Of a stretch of 64,000 nt of DNA, positions 1 through 11,250 are shown one piece after another. A program made the position numbers and the translations under genes. The notes under the pieces are model-generated. The model was not told where the DNA came from, made no database searches, and saw nothing but the letters and a program-made list of their open reading frames with translations. The DNA is taken from assembly GCF_058153355.1 (NCBI RefSeq), contig NZ_CM177019.1. The stretch is one strand, 5' to 3'. Position 1 is the stretch's first letter, and each line of letters opens with the position of its first letter.

Positions 1-103
1 CCCCCCACTTCACAAATGCGGAAACAACGCCAGCAATTAGCCCAATGAATGCAGCAAGACCATAACGTCTGCGGTTCGGTGGAGTTTGTTCAAATATATT
101 CAT
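1..103 (-). CDS. yagU: Inner membrane protein YagU (DUF1440), N-terminal 34 codons only; rest of gene lies beyond window start
   Basis: Reverse complement of 1-103 translates [34 protein letters not shown], matching YagU N-terminus; divergent from paoA as in E. coli. Confidence 0.6.
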
Positions 104-508
104 ATTTACCCTGTTTGTTTCATTATGTTGTACACCTCTTCAGGAGTATTCATAAAACAAGATAAATGTAAAGAACTGTATTGTTTTGTATAATGCAATG
201 GTGACTAATCGCCAATTAATATAAGCACCATCATTTCTCCCTATTTTTATGTTAGAAGTGACAACGATTTGCAGGGTGATGCAGAGCTGACAATCACAGG
301 TTTCCTTATCGGTTTTTGCATCGCACAACTAAAGCAATAAACTAGCTCCCGTCATCGGCGAATATGAATTAATTAGCCGGGCTCATAGCTGCATTCGCGT
401 TTTAAGAATAATCCTCCTGCTCTCACCGACTATGCTTAACGTTTAAAAAAGCATCAACACTCTCGCAACGCACTCTTATTTTCCCCTTTAGAATACCGGA
501 GGCCTGGT

Positions 509-1198
509 ATGAGCAACCAAGGCGAATACCCCGAAGATAATCGGGTTGGGAAGCACGAGCCGCACGATTTTAGTTTGACCCGCCGCGATCTGATTAAAGT
601 GAGCGCCGCAACGGCGGCGACCGCCGTGGTTTATCCTCATTCTACGCTTGCGGCAAGCGTTCCGGCAGCTACACCCGCGCCAGAGATAATGCCCCTGACA
701 CTTAAGGTGAACGGCAAAACCGAGCAGCTTGAGGTGGATACCCGAACCACGCTACTGGACGCTTTGCGTGAAAATCTGCATCTGATCGGTACCAAGAAAG
801 GTTGCGATCACGGACAGTGCGGAGCCTGTACCGTGCTGGTCAATGGTCGCAGGCTTAATGCCTGCCTGACGCTGGCAGTCATGCATCAGGGGGCCGAGAT
901 CACCACCATTGAAGGCCTGGGTTCACCAGAGAATCTTCACCCCATGCAGGCGGCCTTTATCAAGCATGATGGCTTCCAGTGCGGCTACTGCACCTCCGGG
1001 CAAATTTGCTCATCAGTAGCGGTGCTAAAAGAGATTCAGGACGGCATTCCCAGTCACGTCACGGTCGATTTGGTTTCCCCTCCAGAAAGAACTGCCGATG
1101 AGATCCGTGAACGTATGAGCGGCAACATCTGTCGCTGTGGTGCATACGCTAACATCCTTGCCGCCATTGAAGACGCTGCGGGGGAGATAAAATCATGA
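509..1198 (+). CDS. paoA: Periplasmic aldehyde oxidoreductase, 2Fe-2S iron-sulfur subunit (Tat-exported)
   Basis: 229 aa; twin-arginine signal ([18 protein letters not shown]); Cys clusters [10 protein letters not shown] and CGYC/CRCG; GGAGG RBS before ATG. Confidence 0.9.
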   Translation: MSNQGEYPEDNRVGKHEPHDFSLTRRDLIKVSAATAATAVVYPHSTLAASVPAATPAPEIMPLTLKVNGKTEQLEVDTRTTLLDALRENLHLIGTKKGCDHGQCGACTVLVNGRRLNACLTLAVMHQGAEITTIEGLGSPENLHPMQAAFIKHDGFQCGYCTSGQICSSVAVLKEIQDGIPSHVTVDLVSPPERTADEIRERMSGNICRCGAYANILAAIEDAAGEIKS

Positions 1199-2151
1199 AG
1201 GCGTTTACCTATGAACGTGTGAACACCCCTGCCGAGGCGGCACTTAGCGCTCAGCGCGTACCCGGCGCAAAATTTATCGCTGGCGGGACCAATCTGCTGG
1301 ACCTGATGAAGCTGGAAATTGAAACGCCAACCCACCTTATCGATGTGAACGGGCTCGGGCTCGATAAGATTGAAGTGACCGACGCGGGTGGGCTGCGCAT
1401 CGGCGCACTGGTACGGAACACCGACCTGGCGGCTCACGAGCGCGTGCGTCGTGATTACGCGGTACTCTCCCGCGCTCTGCTCGCTGGCGCGTCTGGTCAG
1501 TTACGTAATCAGGCAACCACCGCAGGTAATCTGCTCCAGCGCACGCGCTGCCCCTATTTTTACGACACCAATCAGCCCTGCAATAAGCGCCTGCCCGGGA
1601 GCGGCTGCGCGGCACTTGAAGGCTTTAGCCGTCAGCACGCGGTGGTAGGCGTAAGCGAAGCCTGCATTGCCACCCATCCGAGCGATATGGCGGTCGCAAT
1701 GCGGTTGCTGGATGCGGTGGTGGAAACCATCACGCCGGAGGGAAAAACTCGCAGTATCACACTGGCTGATTTTTATCACCCACCGGGGAAAACGCCGCAC
1801 ATTGAAACCGCCCTGCTTCCCGGTGAGCTTATCGTTGCGGTGACGTTACCTCCGCCGCTCGGCGGAAAACATATCTACCGCAAGGTGCGCGATCGCGCCT
1901 CCTACGCCTTTGCCCTGGTATCGGTCGCGGCGATTATTCAGCCTGACGGCAGCGGGCGCGTCGCGCTGGGCGGAGTAGCACATAAGCCCTGGCGCATTGA
2001 GGCTGCGGATGCTCAGCTATCCCAGGGGGCGCAGGCCGTGTATGACGCGCTGTTCGCCAGCGCCCATCCCACCGCTGAAAATACCTTTAAACTCCTGTTG
2101 GCGAAGCGAACGCTTGCCTCCGTACTGGCTGAAGCGAGGGCACAGGCATGA
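1195..2151 (+). CDS. paoB: Aldehyde oxidoreductase FAD-binding subunit
   Basis: 318 aa; FAD-binding molybdopterin dehydrogenase pattern ([13 protein letters not shown]); start overlaps paoA stop by 4 nt. Confidence 0.9.
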   Translation: MKAFTYERVNTPAEAALSAQRVPGAKFIAGGTNLLDLMKLEIETPTHLIDVNGLGLDKIEVTDAGGLRIGALVRNTDLAAHERVRRDYAVLSRALLAGASGQLRNQATTAGNLLQRTRCPYFYDTNQPCNKRLPGSGCAALEGFSRQHAVVGVSEACIATHPSDMAVAMRLLDAVVETITPEGKTRSITLADFYHPPGKTPHIETALLPGELIVAVTLPPPLGGKHIYRKVRDRASYAFALVSVAAIIQPDGSGRVALGGVAHKPWRIEAADAQLSQGAQAVYDALFASAHPTAENTFKLLLAKRTLASVLAEARAQA

Positions 2152-4346
2152 AATTTGATAAACCCGCAGGGGAAAACCCGATCGATCAGCTGAAGGTTGT
2201 CGGTCGTCCCCATGACCGCATCGACGGACCGCTGAAAACTACCGGCACGGCACGCTACGCCTACGAATGGCATGAAGAAGCCCCCAACGCCGCCTATGGC
2301 TATATCGTCGGTTCCGCCATTGCCAAAGGACGCCTCACCGCCCTTGATACGGACGCCGCGCAAAAAGCGCCGGGCGTACTGGCTGTCATTACCGCCAGTA
2401 ACGCTGGGGCACTCGGCAAAGGCGACAAAAACACCGCCAGGCTGTTAGGCGGCCCCACTATTGAGCACTATCATCAGGCCATTGCGCTGGTAGTGGCCGA
2501 GGCCTTCGAACAGGCGCGAGCGGCGGCCTCGCTGGTGCAGGCGCACTATCGCCGTAATAAAGGAGCTTACTCCCTGGCGGACGAGAAACAGGCCGTCAGT
2601 CAGCCGCCGGAAGACACGCCCGATAAAAACGTTGGTGACTTTGACGGGGCTTTCACCTCCGCTGCGGTGAAAATTGATGCTACATACACGACCCCGGACC
2701 AGAGCCATATGGCGATGGAGCCGCATGCCTCGATGGCCGTCTGGGATGGAAATAAGCTTACCCTCTGGACCTCAAATCAGATGATTGACTGGTGCCGCAC
2801 CGATCTGGCAAAAACGCTGAAAGTGCCCGTGGAGAATGTGCGTATTATCTCCCCGTATATCGGCGGAGGGTTTGGCGGCAAGCTATTCCTGAGAAGCGAT
2901 GCGCTGCTGGCGGCCCTCGCCGCCCGTGCGGTGAAACGTCCGGTTAAAGTGATGCTCCCCCGCCCCACTATTCCCAATAACACCACGCACCGCCCCGCCA
3001 CCCTTCAGCACCTGCGTATCGGTGCCGACCAGAGCGGGAAAATCACCGCTATCTCACATGAAAGCTGGTCCGGAAACCTGCCCGGCGGCACGCCGGAAAC
3101 GGCGGTACAGCAAAGCGAATTACTCTACGCAGGGGCAAACCGTCATACCGGCCTGCGGCTCGCCGCGCTTGATTTGCCGGAAGGGAACGCCATGCGTGCG
3201 CCCGGCGAAGCCCCCGGTCTGATGGCGCTCGAAATCGCGATCGACGAACTGGCGGAAAAAGCGGGCATCGATCCCGTCGAGTTTCGCATCCTGAATGACA
3301 CTCAGGTTGACCCCGCCGACCCGACGCGCCGCTTCTCTCGCCGTCAGCTTATCGAGTGCTTGCGCACCGGAGCGGATAAATTTGGCTGGAAGCAGCGCAA
3401 CGCCACACCCGGACAGGTGCGCGACGGGGAGTGGCTAGTCGGCCACGGTGTTGCGGCGGGCTTTCGCAATAATCTGCTGGAAAAATCGGGTGCTCGGGTT
3501 CACCTCGAACAAAATGGCACCGTTACCGTAGAAACGGACATGACCGACATTGGCACCGGCAGCTACACCATTCTGGCCCAGACGGCAGCGGAAATGCTTG
3601 GCGTACCGCTGGAGCAGGTTGCGGTTCACCTCGGCGATTCCAGTTTCCCGATTTCTGCGGGTTCTGGTGGACAATGGGGCGCGAATACCTCCACCTCCGG
3701 CGTTTACGCCGCCTGTGTGAAACTTCGCGAAATGATTGCCTCGGCGGTCGGGTTTGATCCTGAGCAGTCGCAGTTTGCCGACGGCAAGATTACCAACGGT
3801 ACCCGAAGCGCCACGCTACATGAGGCCACCGCAGGCGGCAGACTGACAGCGGAAGAGAGCATTGAGTTCGGCACTCTCAGCAAGGAGTACCAGCAATCGA
3901 CCTTTGCCGGGCATTTTGTGGAGGTCGGCGTGCATAGCGCGACGGGAGAAGTTCGGGTCCGGCGTATGCTCGCCGTGTGCGCAGCGGGGCGCATTCTGAA
4001 TCCGAAAACTGCACGCAGCCAGGTCATTGGCGCGATGACTATGGGCATGGGCGCGGCACTGATGGAGGAGCTGGCGGTAGATGACCGTTTGGGCTACTTC
4101 GTTAATCACGATATGGCGGGGTATGAGGTGCCGGTTCATGCGGATATCCCAAAACAGGAGGTGATTTTCCTGGATGATACCGACCCCATCTCCTCCCCGA
4201 TGAAGGCCAAAGGTGTCGGTGAGCTGGGCCTGTGCGGCGTGAGCGCGGCTATCGCCAACGCGGTGTATAACGCCACCGGTATTCGGGTACGGGATTATCC
4301 CATCACTCTGGATAAGCTGCTCGATAAACTGCCGGATGTGGTTTAA
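2148..4346 (+). CDS. paoC: Aldehyde oxidoreductase molybdopterin-binding large subunit
   Basis: 732 aa xanthine dehydrogenase/aldehyde oxidase family large subunit; translationally coupled to paoB. Confidence 0.9.
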   Translation: MKFDKPAGENPIDQLKVVGRPHDRIDGPLKTTGTARYAYEWHEEAPNAAYGYIVGSAIAKGRLTALDTDAAQKAPGVLAVITASNAGALGKGDKNTARLLGGPTIEHYHQAIALVVAEAFEQARAAASLVQAHYRRNKGAYSLADEKQAVSQPPEDTPDKNVGDFDGAFTSAAVKIDATYTTPDQSHMAMEPHASMAVWDGNKLTLWTSNQMIDWCRTDLAKTLKVPVENVRIISPYIGGGFGGKLFLRSDALLAALAARAVKRPVKVMLPRPTIPNNTTHRPATLQHLRIGADQSGKITAISHESWSGNLPGGTPETAVQQSELLYAGANRHTGLRLAALDLPEGNAMRAPGEAPGLMALEIAIDELAEKAGIDPVEFRILNDTQVDPADPTRRFSRRQLIECLRTGADKFGWKQRNATPGQVRDGEWLVGHGVAAGFRNNLLEKSGARVHLEQNGTVTVETDMTDIGTGSYTILAQTAAEMLGVPLEQVAVHLGDSSFPISAGSGGQWGANTSTSGVYAACVKLREMIASAVGFDPEQSQFADGKITNGTRSATLHEATAGGRLTAEESIEFGTLSKEYQQSTFAGHFVEVGVHSATGEVRVRRMLAVCAAGRILNPKTARSQVIGAMTMGMGAALMEELAVDDRLGYFVNHDMAGYEVPVHADIPKQEVIFLDDTDPISSPMKAKGVGELGLCGVSAAIANAVYNATGIRVRDYPITLDKLLDKLPDVV

Positions 4347-4355
4347 GGAGGAACA

Positions 4356-5312
4356 ATGTCATACTCGCTTTTTGACAAAGACGAGCACTGGCATAAGCCA
4401 GAGCAGGCGTTTCTCACCGATGACCATCGGACCATTCTGCGCTTCGCCGTAGAGGCGCTAATGTCCGGTAAAGGAGCGGTGCTGGTGACGCTGGTGGAGA
4501 TACGCGGCGGCGCGGCGCGCCCGCTCGGAGCACAGATGGTGGTGCGCGAAGATGGTCGTTACTGCGGTTTTGTCTCTGGCGGCTGCGTGGAGGCCGCTGC
4601 CGCTTTTGAAGCGCTGGAGGTGATGGGCTCAGGCTGCGATCGCGAAATTCGCTATGGCGAAGGTTCGCCGTGGTTTGACATCGTTCTGCCCTGCGGCGGT
4701 GGGATCACGCTGACGCTCCATAAACTACGCTCGGCACAGCCTCTGCTCGCCGTGCTGAACCGCCTGGAACAGAGAAAACCGGCGGGTCTGCGCTACGATC
4801 CGCAAGCTCAATCGCTGGTGTGCCTGCCCACGCAAACCCGAACGGGCTGGAATCTCAATGGCTTTGAGGTGGGGTTCAGGCCATGCGTCAGGCTGATGAT
4901 TTACGGACGTTCTCTTGAGGCGCAGGCAACCGCGAGTCTTGCAGCAGCCACAGGCTATGACAGCCATATCTTCGATCTTTTTCCGGCCTCAGCCAGCGCT
5001 CAGATCGATACCGATACGGCGGTCATTTTGCTGTGCCATGATCTCAACCGGGAGCTGCCAGTGTTGCAGGCCGCGCGAGAGGCAAAACCCTTTTATCTCG
5101 GCGCATTGGGCAGCTATCGAACCCACACGTTACGTCTGCAAAAGCTCCACGAGCTAGGATGGTCCAGGGAGGAGACAGCGCAAATCCGGGCACCCATCGG
5201 GATATTCCCCAAAGCCCGGGATGCGCATACTCTGGCACTCTCTGTGCTGGCAGAAGTCGCTTCTGTACGTCTCCATCAGGAGGAGGATTCATGCCTGCCC
5301 CCGTCGTCGTGA
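4356..5312 (+). CDS. paoD: XdhC-like molybdenum cofactor insertion chaperone
   Basis: 318 aa XdhC/CoxI-like protein immediately after paoC; operon context. Confidence 0.85.
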   Translation: MSYSLFDKDEHWHKPEQAFLTDDHRTILRFAVEALMSGKGAVLVTLVEIRGGAARPLGAQMVVREDGRYCGFVSGGCVEAAAAFEALEVMGSGCDREIRYGEGSPWFDIVLPCGGGITLTLHKLRSAQPLLAVLNRLEQRKPAGLRYDPQAQSLVCLPTQTRTGWNLNGFEVGFRPCVRLMIYGRSLEAQATASLAAATGYDSHIFDLFPASASAQIDTDTAVILLCHDLNRELPVLQAAREAKPFYLGALGSYRTHTLRLQKLHELGWSREETAQIRAPIGIFPKARDAHTLALSVLAEVASVRLHQEEDSCLPPSS

Positions 5313-5371
5313 TCCTTGCGGCCGGGCGTGGAGAGCGCTTTCTCGCCTCCGGGGGAAATACCATAAATTAA
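5291..5371 (+). pseudogene. Truncated remnant of a MocA-like molybdenum-cofactor cytidylyltransferase gene (26 codons then stop)
   Basis: Strong RBS AGGAGGAGGA then ATG; peptide MPAPVVVILAAGRGERF matches the NTP-transferase P-loop-like N-terminus (ILAAGxGxR) but terminates after 26 aa. Confidence 0.35.
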
Positions 5372-5413
5372 GAGAAAAATCTGCAGTAGCCGTTTTAGAA
5401 AATCACCTAAATC

Positions 5414-5447
5414 GTTTAAAAGAGCGCCCAACCCATAGTGGGCGCTC
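5414..5447 (-). terminator. Rho-independent terminator downstream of the MFS transporter gene
   Basis: GC-rich inverted repeat GAGCGCCCA..TGGGCGCTC followed by T-run on the minus strand just 3-prime of the 5491 stop. Confidence 0.4.
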
Positions 5448-5490
5448 ATCGCCTTGTGTAACTTATTCAGCAACGCGCGCCCTCGCCGGA

Positions 5491-6684
5491 CTAAAGCGCA
5501 CCGGCCTTCTGGCGTGCGGTAACAAAGGTCAGTACGCCAGCGCAAAGGAGCAGCACGCTACTCATAGCAAACGTGCTCTGCCAGCCAAGGCGGTCAAACA
5601 CAATGCCTCCTGCCGTTGATCCAAGGGCGATGGCGAGCTGAATCACCGCGACCATGAGCCCGCCTCCGGCTTCGGCGTTGTCAGGCAACGTACGCGCAAT
5701 CCATGTCCACCATCCGGTTGGCGCAGCGGTGGCCAGCATGCCCCAGAGCCCTAACAGCAACGAAACCGTCCAGACCAGATGCCCGGTCAGCATCAGGCCG
5801 ATGGCAATGACGGCCATAAGTCCGGGTATGGCCATCAGCGTGGGGTAGAATTTTCTGTTGAGAAATGCCGAAACAACCAGCGTGCCAATAAAACCGGCCA
5901 CGCCGATAATCAGCAAAATCAACGACAAGCCTAAGGAATTAACCCGTGTCACCGACTCCAGAAACGGGCGCACATAGGTGAATAGCGCAAACTGCCCCAT
6001 GAAAAACAGGCCACAAGCTATCATGCCGACCACAACCATGCGGCGGCTAAATAAGCGGAATACCGTGCCAAATGACGTGTGGCTTTTATTCGCATCCATA
6101 CTGGGCAGGCTGATGCACTGCCAGATAAAGGCGACCACCGCGATGGGCACCAGGCACAAGAAAGCGCCTCGCCATCCGACCGTGGCACCCAGATAGCTTC
6201 CCAGCGGCGCGGCCACGACCGTCGCCAGCGCATTACCGGCATTGAAAATCGCCAGCGCACGCGTGACCTGTTGCTGCGGCACCAGACGAATCGCCGTTGC
6301 CGCAGACATCGACCAGAATCCGCCAATCGCCACACCAATCATCGCGCGACCGATCATATACATCAGATAACTGGAAGCCAGCGCAATAATAAGCCCCGAT
6401 ACGGCCATCAGAACCGTCATCCCCAGCAGCAGGAACTTACGATTCATCTTTCCAGCTAGCGTTGAAAGCGTCAGGCTGGTCAGAACCGCCAGCGCGCCGG
6501 AGATAGCAATCCCCTGCCCTGCCAGCCCCTCCGTCACGCCTAAATCGCGGGCAATCGGCGTGAGCAGGCTGACGGGCATAAATTCAGAAGCAATCAGCAC
6601 AAACACGCACAGGGTCATGGCAAAAATACCGCCCCAGTATGCGCGCTGATGATGAGGTGATGGTGTTTGGTTTAGCGTCGACAT
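5491..6684 (-). CDS. MFS transporter (12-TM efflux/permease type)
   Basis: 397 aa highly hydrophobic protein with MFS-like repeated TM organisation and GxxxG-rich helices. Confidence 0.85.
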   Translation of the reverse strand: MSTLNQTPSPHHQRAYWGGIFAMTLCVFVLIASEFMPVSLLTPIARDLGVTEGLAGQGIAISGALAVLTSLTLSTLAGKMNRKFLLLGMTVLMAVSGLIIALASSYLMYMIGRAMIGVAIGGFWSMSAATAIRLVPQQQVTRALAIFNAGNALATVVAAPLGSYLGATVGWRGAFLCLVPIAVVAFIWQCISLPSMDANKSHTSFGTVFRLFSRRMVVVGMIACGLFFMGQFALFTYVRPFLESVTRVNSLGLSLILLIIGVAGFIGTLVVSAFLNRKFYPTLMAIPGLMAVIAIGLMLTGHLVWTVSLLLGLWGMLATAAPTGWWTWIARTLPDNAEAGGGLMVAVIQLAIALGSTAGGIVFDRLGWQSTFAMSSVLLLCAGVLTFVTARQKAGAL

Positions 6685-6759
6685 AGTGAAATTTCACGAA
6701 GGCCAGGATAAAAGCCACCAGCCTATGGCCGGTGGCTTTGCATCAATTCAGGAGAGGTT

Positions 6760-7896
6760 TTATTTCAGTTTGGTCTGGAAAAATTGTTCGAACTTCGCGA
6801 AAGGTATTTTTCCGGCAACGTTATCGTACAGATCCACGTGATTTGCCCCAGGAACCACTACCAGCTCTTTGTCTTTACTGCCGACCGCCTTATAAGCATC
6901 TTCAGCAAAATAGCGTGAATGCGCTTTCTCACCGGTCACGATAAGCGTCGGAATGGTGATTTCACTGGCGTAGCTGAGCAGCGGCATATTCATAAACGAC
7001 AGCGGCATCGTTGCCGTCCACGCCCCGGTCGAGTTCACGGATCGTGCATGAAAACCACGCGGCATACGATAGTAATCGAAGAACTCTTTCAGTACCGGAT
7101 GCGGATTTGCCGGCAGCGTTTCTGGCAGAATACGCTCGCCCGCACTGACCTTGCCGTTGCTGTCGACATTAATATCATGACCACCGTGAGCGAACGTTCC
7201 GCTCTGCGCATCCTTCCAGCGCTGTTCATTCAGATATTGCAGAACAGCACGACGGTCGGCGGTAGAATAACGGTCTTTGCCATCCCCCACACCATGGCCC
7301 ATCGCCCGGCTCATGTCATACATCACGCTGGTAGCTACCGCTTTAACGCGGGTATCCATCGCCGCGTCGTTCAGCGCCATGCCGCCCCAGCCACAAATAC
7401 CGAGCAGCCCGATACGGTTGCGATCTACCTCTTTTTGCAGCCCTAAGAAATCCACCGCCGCGCTGAAATCTTCAGTGTTGATATCCGGTGAGGCGACGTT
7501 TCGCGGATAGCCGCCGCTTTCCCCGGTGTAAGAAGGATCGAACGCCAGGGTAACAAACCCTCGTTCCGCCAGCGTCTGCGCATACAAGCCGCTGGATTGC
7601 TCTTTCACCGCGCCAAATGGCCCACTGACCGCAATCGCCGCCAGCTTGCGATCGCCACGGTCTTTAGGCAGGTAAAGATCGCCCACTAAGGTGATGCCAT
7701 ATCGGTTCGGGAACGAGACTTTACGGTGATCGACTTTCTGGCTCTCGGCGAACGTTTTATCCCATTTATCTGTCATGGACACAGGGGCATTAGGATTGGT
7801 TGAATCAGCATAACTCATTGTCGTGACTCCACTTAATGATGCGAAAAGCAGCATGGTCGGCATCGCGATTTTTAGCGTTCGGGTGAAGGCTTTCAT
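6760..7896 (-). CDS. Secreted dienelactone-hydrolase-family alpha/beta hydrolase (Cys nucleophile)
   Basis: Start moved to internal ATG (MKAFTRTLKIAMPTMLLFASLSG signal peptide); GICGWGG nucleophile elbow with Cys; paralogous to 11908-13772. Confidence 0.75.
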   Translation of the reverse strand: MKAFTRTLKIAMPTMLLFASLSGVTTMSYADSTNPNAPVSMTDKWDKTFAESQKVDHRKVSFPNRYGITLVGDLYLPKDRGDRKLAAIAVSGPFGAVKEQSSGLYAQTLAERGFVTLAFDPSYTGESGGYPRNVASPDINTEDFSAAVDFLGLQKEVDRNRIGLLGICGWGGMALNDAAMDTRVKAVATSVMYDMSRAMGHGVGDGKDRYSTADRRAVLQYLNEQRWKDAQSGTFAHGGHDINVDSNGKVSAGERILPETLPANPHPVLKEFFDYYRMPRGFHARSVNSTGAWTATMPLSFMNMPLLSYASEITIPTLIVTGEKAHSRYFAEDAYKAVGSKDKELVVVPGANHVDLYDNVAGKIPFAKFEQFFQTKLK

Positions 7897-8082
7897 AAAA
7901 ATCCCCATAAAAAACAACAGAGAGATACAGGTTTCCGACGGACAACACTGCGGTGCTTTACTTTGATGGGGTCATTATAGTGAGCAGAATTAGTGCTGAT
8001 TAGGGGGCGATTAATGCTAAGATTAATACCATATTGTTATAAATTAATGCGGAGATTGCCGGCATGAAGGGGGGATGTTTCA

Positions 8083-8967
8083 ATGGCGAAAAGGGAGAAC
8101 TACAACGAGCTGTACCTGTTTATGCAGGTGGTGCGGGAAGGCAGCTTTACCGCAGCGGCTCAGCGGCTGGGTCTTGCTCAGTCAGGAGTCAGCCGTTCTG
8201 TTCGCGAGCTTGAAGAAAGGCTCGGCGTCCAGCTGCTAGTGCGCACCACGCGTAAACTGTCGCTGACGCAAGCAGGCGAGCAGCTCTACCAGAAGACGGC
8301 ATCTGGATTTGAAATGTTAGATCTTGGGCTTGCCACACTGGCGCACTATCGAGAGACGCCCTCCGGCACGGTGCGTATCAATGCCAGCCAGCACGCGATT
8401 GATAAATGCCTGCTGCCAAAGCTGGCGGTATTTAAACAGCGATATCCTGATATCCGGCTTGAACTGATAAATGAGAGCCGGTTCGTCGATATCATCGAGG
8501 AAAGATTCGATGCTGGTGTCCGCCTGGGGCCTGAAGTCGGTCAGGGTATGGTCGCGGTACGCATCACGCCCGATATGGAGATGGCAATTGTGGGGACTCC
8601 GGAACATTTTCGTCGCTATGGTTTTCCGCAAACCCCGGCGGATTTAAAGGCGCATCCCTGTATCGCCTATCAGTTTGCCGACGGCAGCGTATACCAGTGG
8701 GAACTCAATCAGGATGATAAAAAAATCACTCATCGCCCTGAAGGGCAATGGGCCCTATCCGACAGCTATATGGAAGCAGAAGCCGCACGGCTGGGCCTCG
8801 GATTGGCCTATGTTCCTGTTGAACTGGTTGCGGATGATTTAGAACACGGTAAGCTTATCAGAGTGTTGCAGCGTTACAGCCTGCGAATGGAGGGATTGTT
8901 TCTCTATTACCCTCATCGCAACGTCTCCCCCGCTCTGCGGATGGTCATTGATACATTGAAAATCTGA
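8083..8967 (+). CDS. LysR-family transcriptional regulator
   Basis: 294 aa; N-terminal LysR HTH (FMQVVREGSFTAAAQRLGLAQSGVSRSVRELEERLGVQLL) plus substrate-binding domain. Confidence 0.85.
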   Translation: MAKRENYNELYLFMQVVREGSFTAAAQRLGLAQSGVSRSVRELEERLGVQLLVRTTRKLSLTQAGEQLYQKTASGFEMLDLGLATLAHYRETPSGTVRINASQHAIDKCLLPKLAVFKQRYPDIRLELINESRFVDIIEERFDAGVRLGPEVGQGMVAVRITPDMEMAIVGTPEHFRRYGFPQTPADLKAHPCIAYQFADGSVYQWELNQDDKKITHRPEGQWALSDSYMEAEAARLGLGLAYVPVELVADDLEHGKLIRVLQRYSLRMEGLFLYYPHRNVSPALRMVIDTLKI

Positions 8968-9177
8968 ACGTTAACAACGACCGACTCTTCACTGTGCAAT
9001 ATTGTGTCAGGTAGTCATTCTGCGTTCAATTCCAGGGGCCGCTTTGAGCGAAGAGCGGACCTTCTCGCCCTGTACGTATAGAAAGCTACAAATTGATGTT
9101 TCATCTTCCAGATAGTTACAGGCAAAACGGTATATTCCAGAATTACCTGTACTCAAGTCTGATTACTTAGGTCTTAT

Positions 9178-10305
9178 TTATGTCGGAAACCATCCGGGCG
9201 TCTTCTGAATCACTTGCCATAGTTTTTCAGGGATCGCCAATTCGTCTGAGTGTTGCGACAGGATAAGCGTGTTTTTTACCTTATCCTCATGGCCTGCCTG
9301 CACCAGCTCCATCCAGTTGGGATTCATGACAATCGTCCGGCCTATGGCAACCAGTGACAGTCCGGCCTCCAGAGACTGTTGAGCCGCTTGTGATGAAGTA
9401 ATTTTTCCCGCTGCCAGCAGAGGTAAACGCCCATTCAGCTGCTCTACAAACCGTGCCAGAATCGTATCCTTACCCTCACTACTCTGCGGCCGGTCGGTCA
9501 GTACGTCGTGGAGTGAGATATGGAGATAGTCAATGAGAGACTCTTTCTCTAACTGACCAGCCAGGGCCTGGGAGTCATTAATCCGTAATCCTCCGTCTCC
9601 TGACTCTTCCGGCGATAACCGGTAACCCAATAAAAAGGGTTTTCTGGCATGAGCTTCAATAACCCGCCGGACTTCCCGAACGACCTCCAGCGGGAAACGC
9701 ATACGGTTTGCTAATGAACCCCCCCATTCGTCAGTACGCAGGTTAAACCAGGGGGAGAAGAAGTTCTGGATAAGAAAACCATGCGCACCGTGCAATTCAA
9801 CACCATCAAAACCGGCCTCAATTGCGCGGCGAGTGGCTTCGCCGAAGTCATGGATCACACCAGAAATTTCGTCATGGTCCAAAGCCCGGCAGGCTTGTTC
9901 GCCACGATTAAAAGGGCCAGCCGGAGCGGCCAGGGCACTGGCGCTGACGATCTCCCCACCAGGGATGAGTTCGGGAACCGCTTTATTACCGGCATGAAAC
10001 AGTTGCAGAATTGCCAGCGCCCCCCCGCTTTTTGCTACATCAGCCAGTTTCCTCAGACTCGGGATAAAACGATCATCGTAGGCTGCGAATTCATTGGTGA
10101 AACCCACACCGTTTCTCTGAACATGAGCGCATCCCGTTATCACTAATCCCACACCGGTAGCGCGCGCCCGATAATAGTTTACTTCTTCATCTGAAATAGT
10201 TTCATCGTCATTAGCGGACCAGGTGGTCATCGGTGCCATAACGACGCGGTTACGCATCCTGAGACCATTTTTAAACGTGAAGGCCTGGGTTAATAAGTCA
10301 GTCAT
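9178..10305 (-). CDS. NADH:flavin oxidoreductase, Old Yellow Enzyme family
   Basis: 375 aa; OYE-like FMN-binding TIM barrel pattern (VMAPMTTW, LQLFHAG, GFDGVELHGAHGFL). Confidence 0.85.
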   Translation of the reverse strand: MTDLLTQAFTFKNGLRMRNRVVMAPMTTWSANDDETISDEEVNYYRARATGVGLVITGCAHVQRNGVGFTNEFAAYDDRFIPSLRKLADVAKSGGALAILQLFHAGNKAVPELIPGGEIVSASALAAPAGPFNRGEQACRALDHDEISGVIHDFGEATRRAIEAGFDGVELHGAHGFLIQNFFSPWFNLRTDEWGGSLANRMRFPLEVVREVRRVIEAHARKPFLLGYRLSPEESGDGGLRINDSQALAGQLEKESLIDYLHISLHDVLTDRPQSSEGKDTILARFVEQLNGRLPLLAAGKITSSQAAQQSLEAGLSLVAIGRTIVMNPNWMELVQAGHEDKVKNTLILSQHSDELAIPEKLWQVIQKTPGWFPT

Positions 10306-10344
10306 TGTACTCTCGATATTTAAAGCATCGGGTGCTTACACCCA

Positions 10345-11178
10345 TTAATCAAAATCGGTGGTATTACTCAGCGCAGCAAATTCGCGTATCTCTTTAATAC
10401 GGGCTTCCAGTGAAGGCATTACAAAACTGATAGCGTCATTTCCTATTAGGAGCTGTCGAGGTGGGTTCTTCATTTCAACCACCTGACAAACTACCAGTGC
10501 AAGTTTGGCAGGGTCCCCTTGCTGTTGACCATCTGCGGATGCCAGCAGCTCACGCACATCGCCATAATCGGCATAGTCCTCAATCTTTTTTTCGCCATAG
10601 TGTGCCGAACTATTACTGAGAAACTCTGTGCGGAAAAAACCGGGCTCAATCGCGGTGACATAAATACCAAGCGGGGCAACTTCATCGGCAAGTGCAAGCG
10701 TCATACCTTCAACGGCAAATTTCGATGCAGAATAGAATGTAGCGTTTGCGACCGCTTTAACACCCGCGATCGAGGACGTATTAATAATGCGTCCGCTACG
10801 CTGCTGGCGCATGACCGGTAAGACTGCGCGCAGCACATTGGCCATGCCGAACACGTTAGTGGCAAACTGCAGTTCTATTTGTTCAGCGGTTGCCTCTTCA
10901 AAACGCCCCAGCAGGCAGAATCCTGCGTTGTTAACCAGAACATCAATACGTCCGAAACGGCGAATAGCGGCATCCACGGCAACCCTGGCCTGCTGTTCAT
11001 CACGGACATCAAGCTCCAGCAGCTCAATATTTTCTTCAGAGGCCGTGCTGAATGTCCTGCGTAAGTTGTCCATATTACGCCCCGTTGCTACAACACGATC
11101 GCCCTGTTGCAAAGCGGCATTCACTATATCGGTCCCCATGCCGCGGGCAGCCCCGGTTACAAACCAAATACGACTCAT
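10345..11178 (-). CDS. Short-chain dehydrogenase/reductase (SDR)
   Basis: 277 aa; TGAARGMG cofactor-binding motif, NNAG, YSASK catalytic motif. Confidence 0.85.
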   Translation of the reverse strand: MSRIWFVTGAARGMGTDIVNAALQQGDRVVATGRNMDNLRRTFSTASEENIELLELDVRDEQQARVAVDAAIRRFGRIDVLVNNAGFCLLGRFEEATAEQIELQFATNVFGMANVLRAVLPVMRQQRSGRIINTSSIAGVKAVANATFYSASKFAVEGMTLALADEVAPLGIYVTAIEPGFFRTEFLSNSSAHYGEKKIEDYADYGDVRELLASADGQQQGDPAKLALVVCQVVEMKNPPRQLLIGNDAISFVMPSLEARIKEIREFAALSNTTDFD

Positions 11179-11250
11179 CTCAGTTCCCCCTGATAAGTTT
11201 ACTAACCCGTACTGCGATAAGGTCTGTACGGGTTTAATGGCATTTTTGAT

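Noticed and set aside
1054-2363. Several minus-strand ORFs (1054-1437, 1337-1615, 1501-1800, 2013-2363) inside the pao operon
   Set aside because: Antisense to strongly supported paoA/paoB/paoC coding sequence in GC-rich DNA; typical spurious open frames.
5313-8080. Search for a direct repeat of the thrW 3-prime end to define the distal island boundary
   Set aside because: No convincing copy of the tRNA 3-prime sequence was seen by eye in the candidate boundary regions; the boundary is left undefined rather than guessed.
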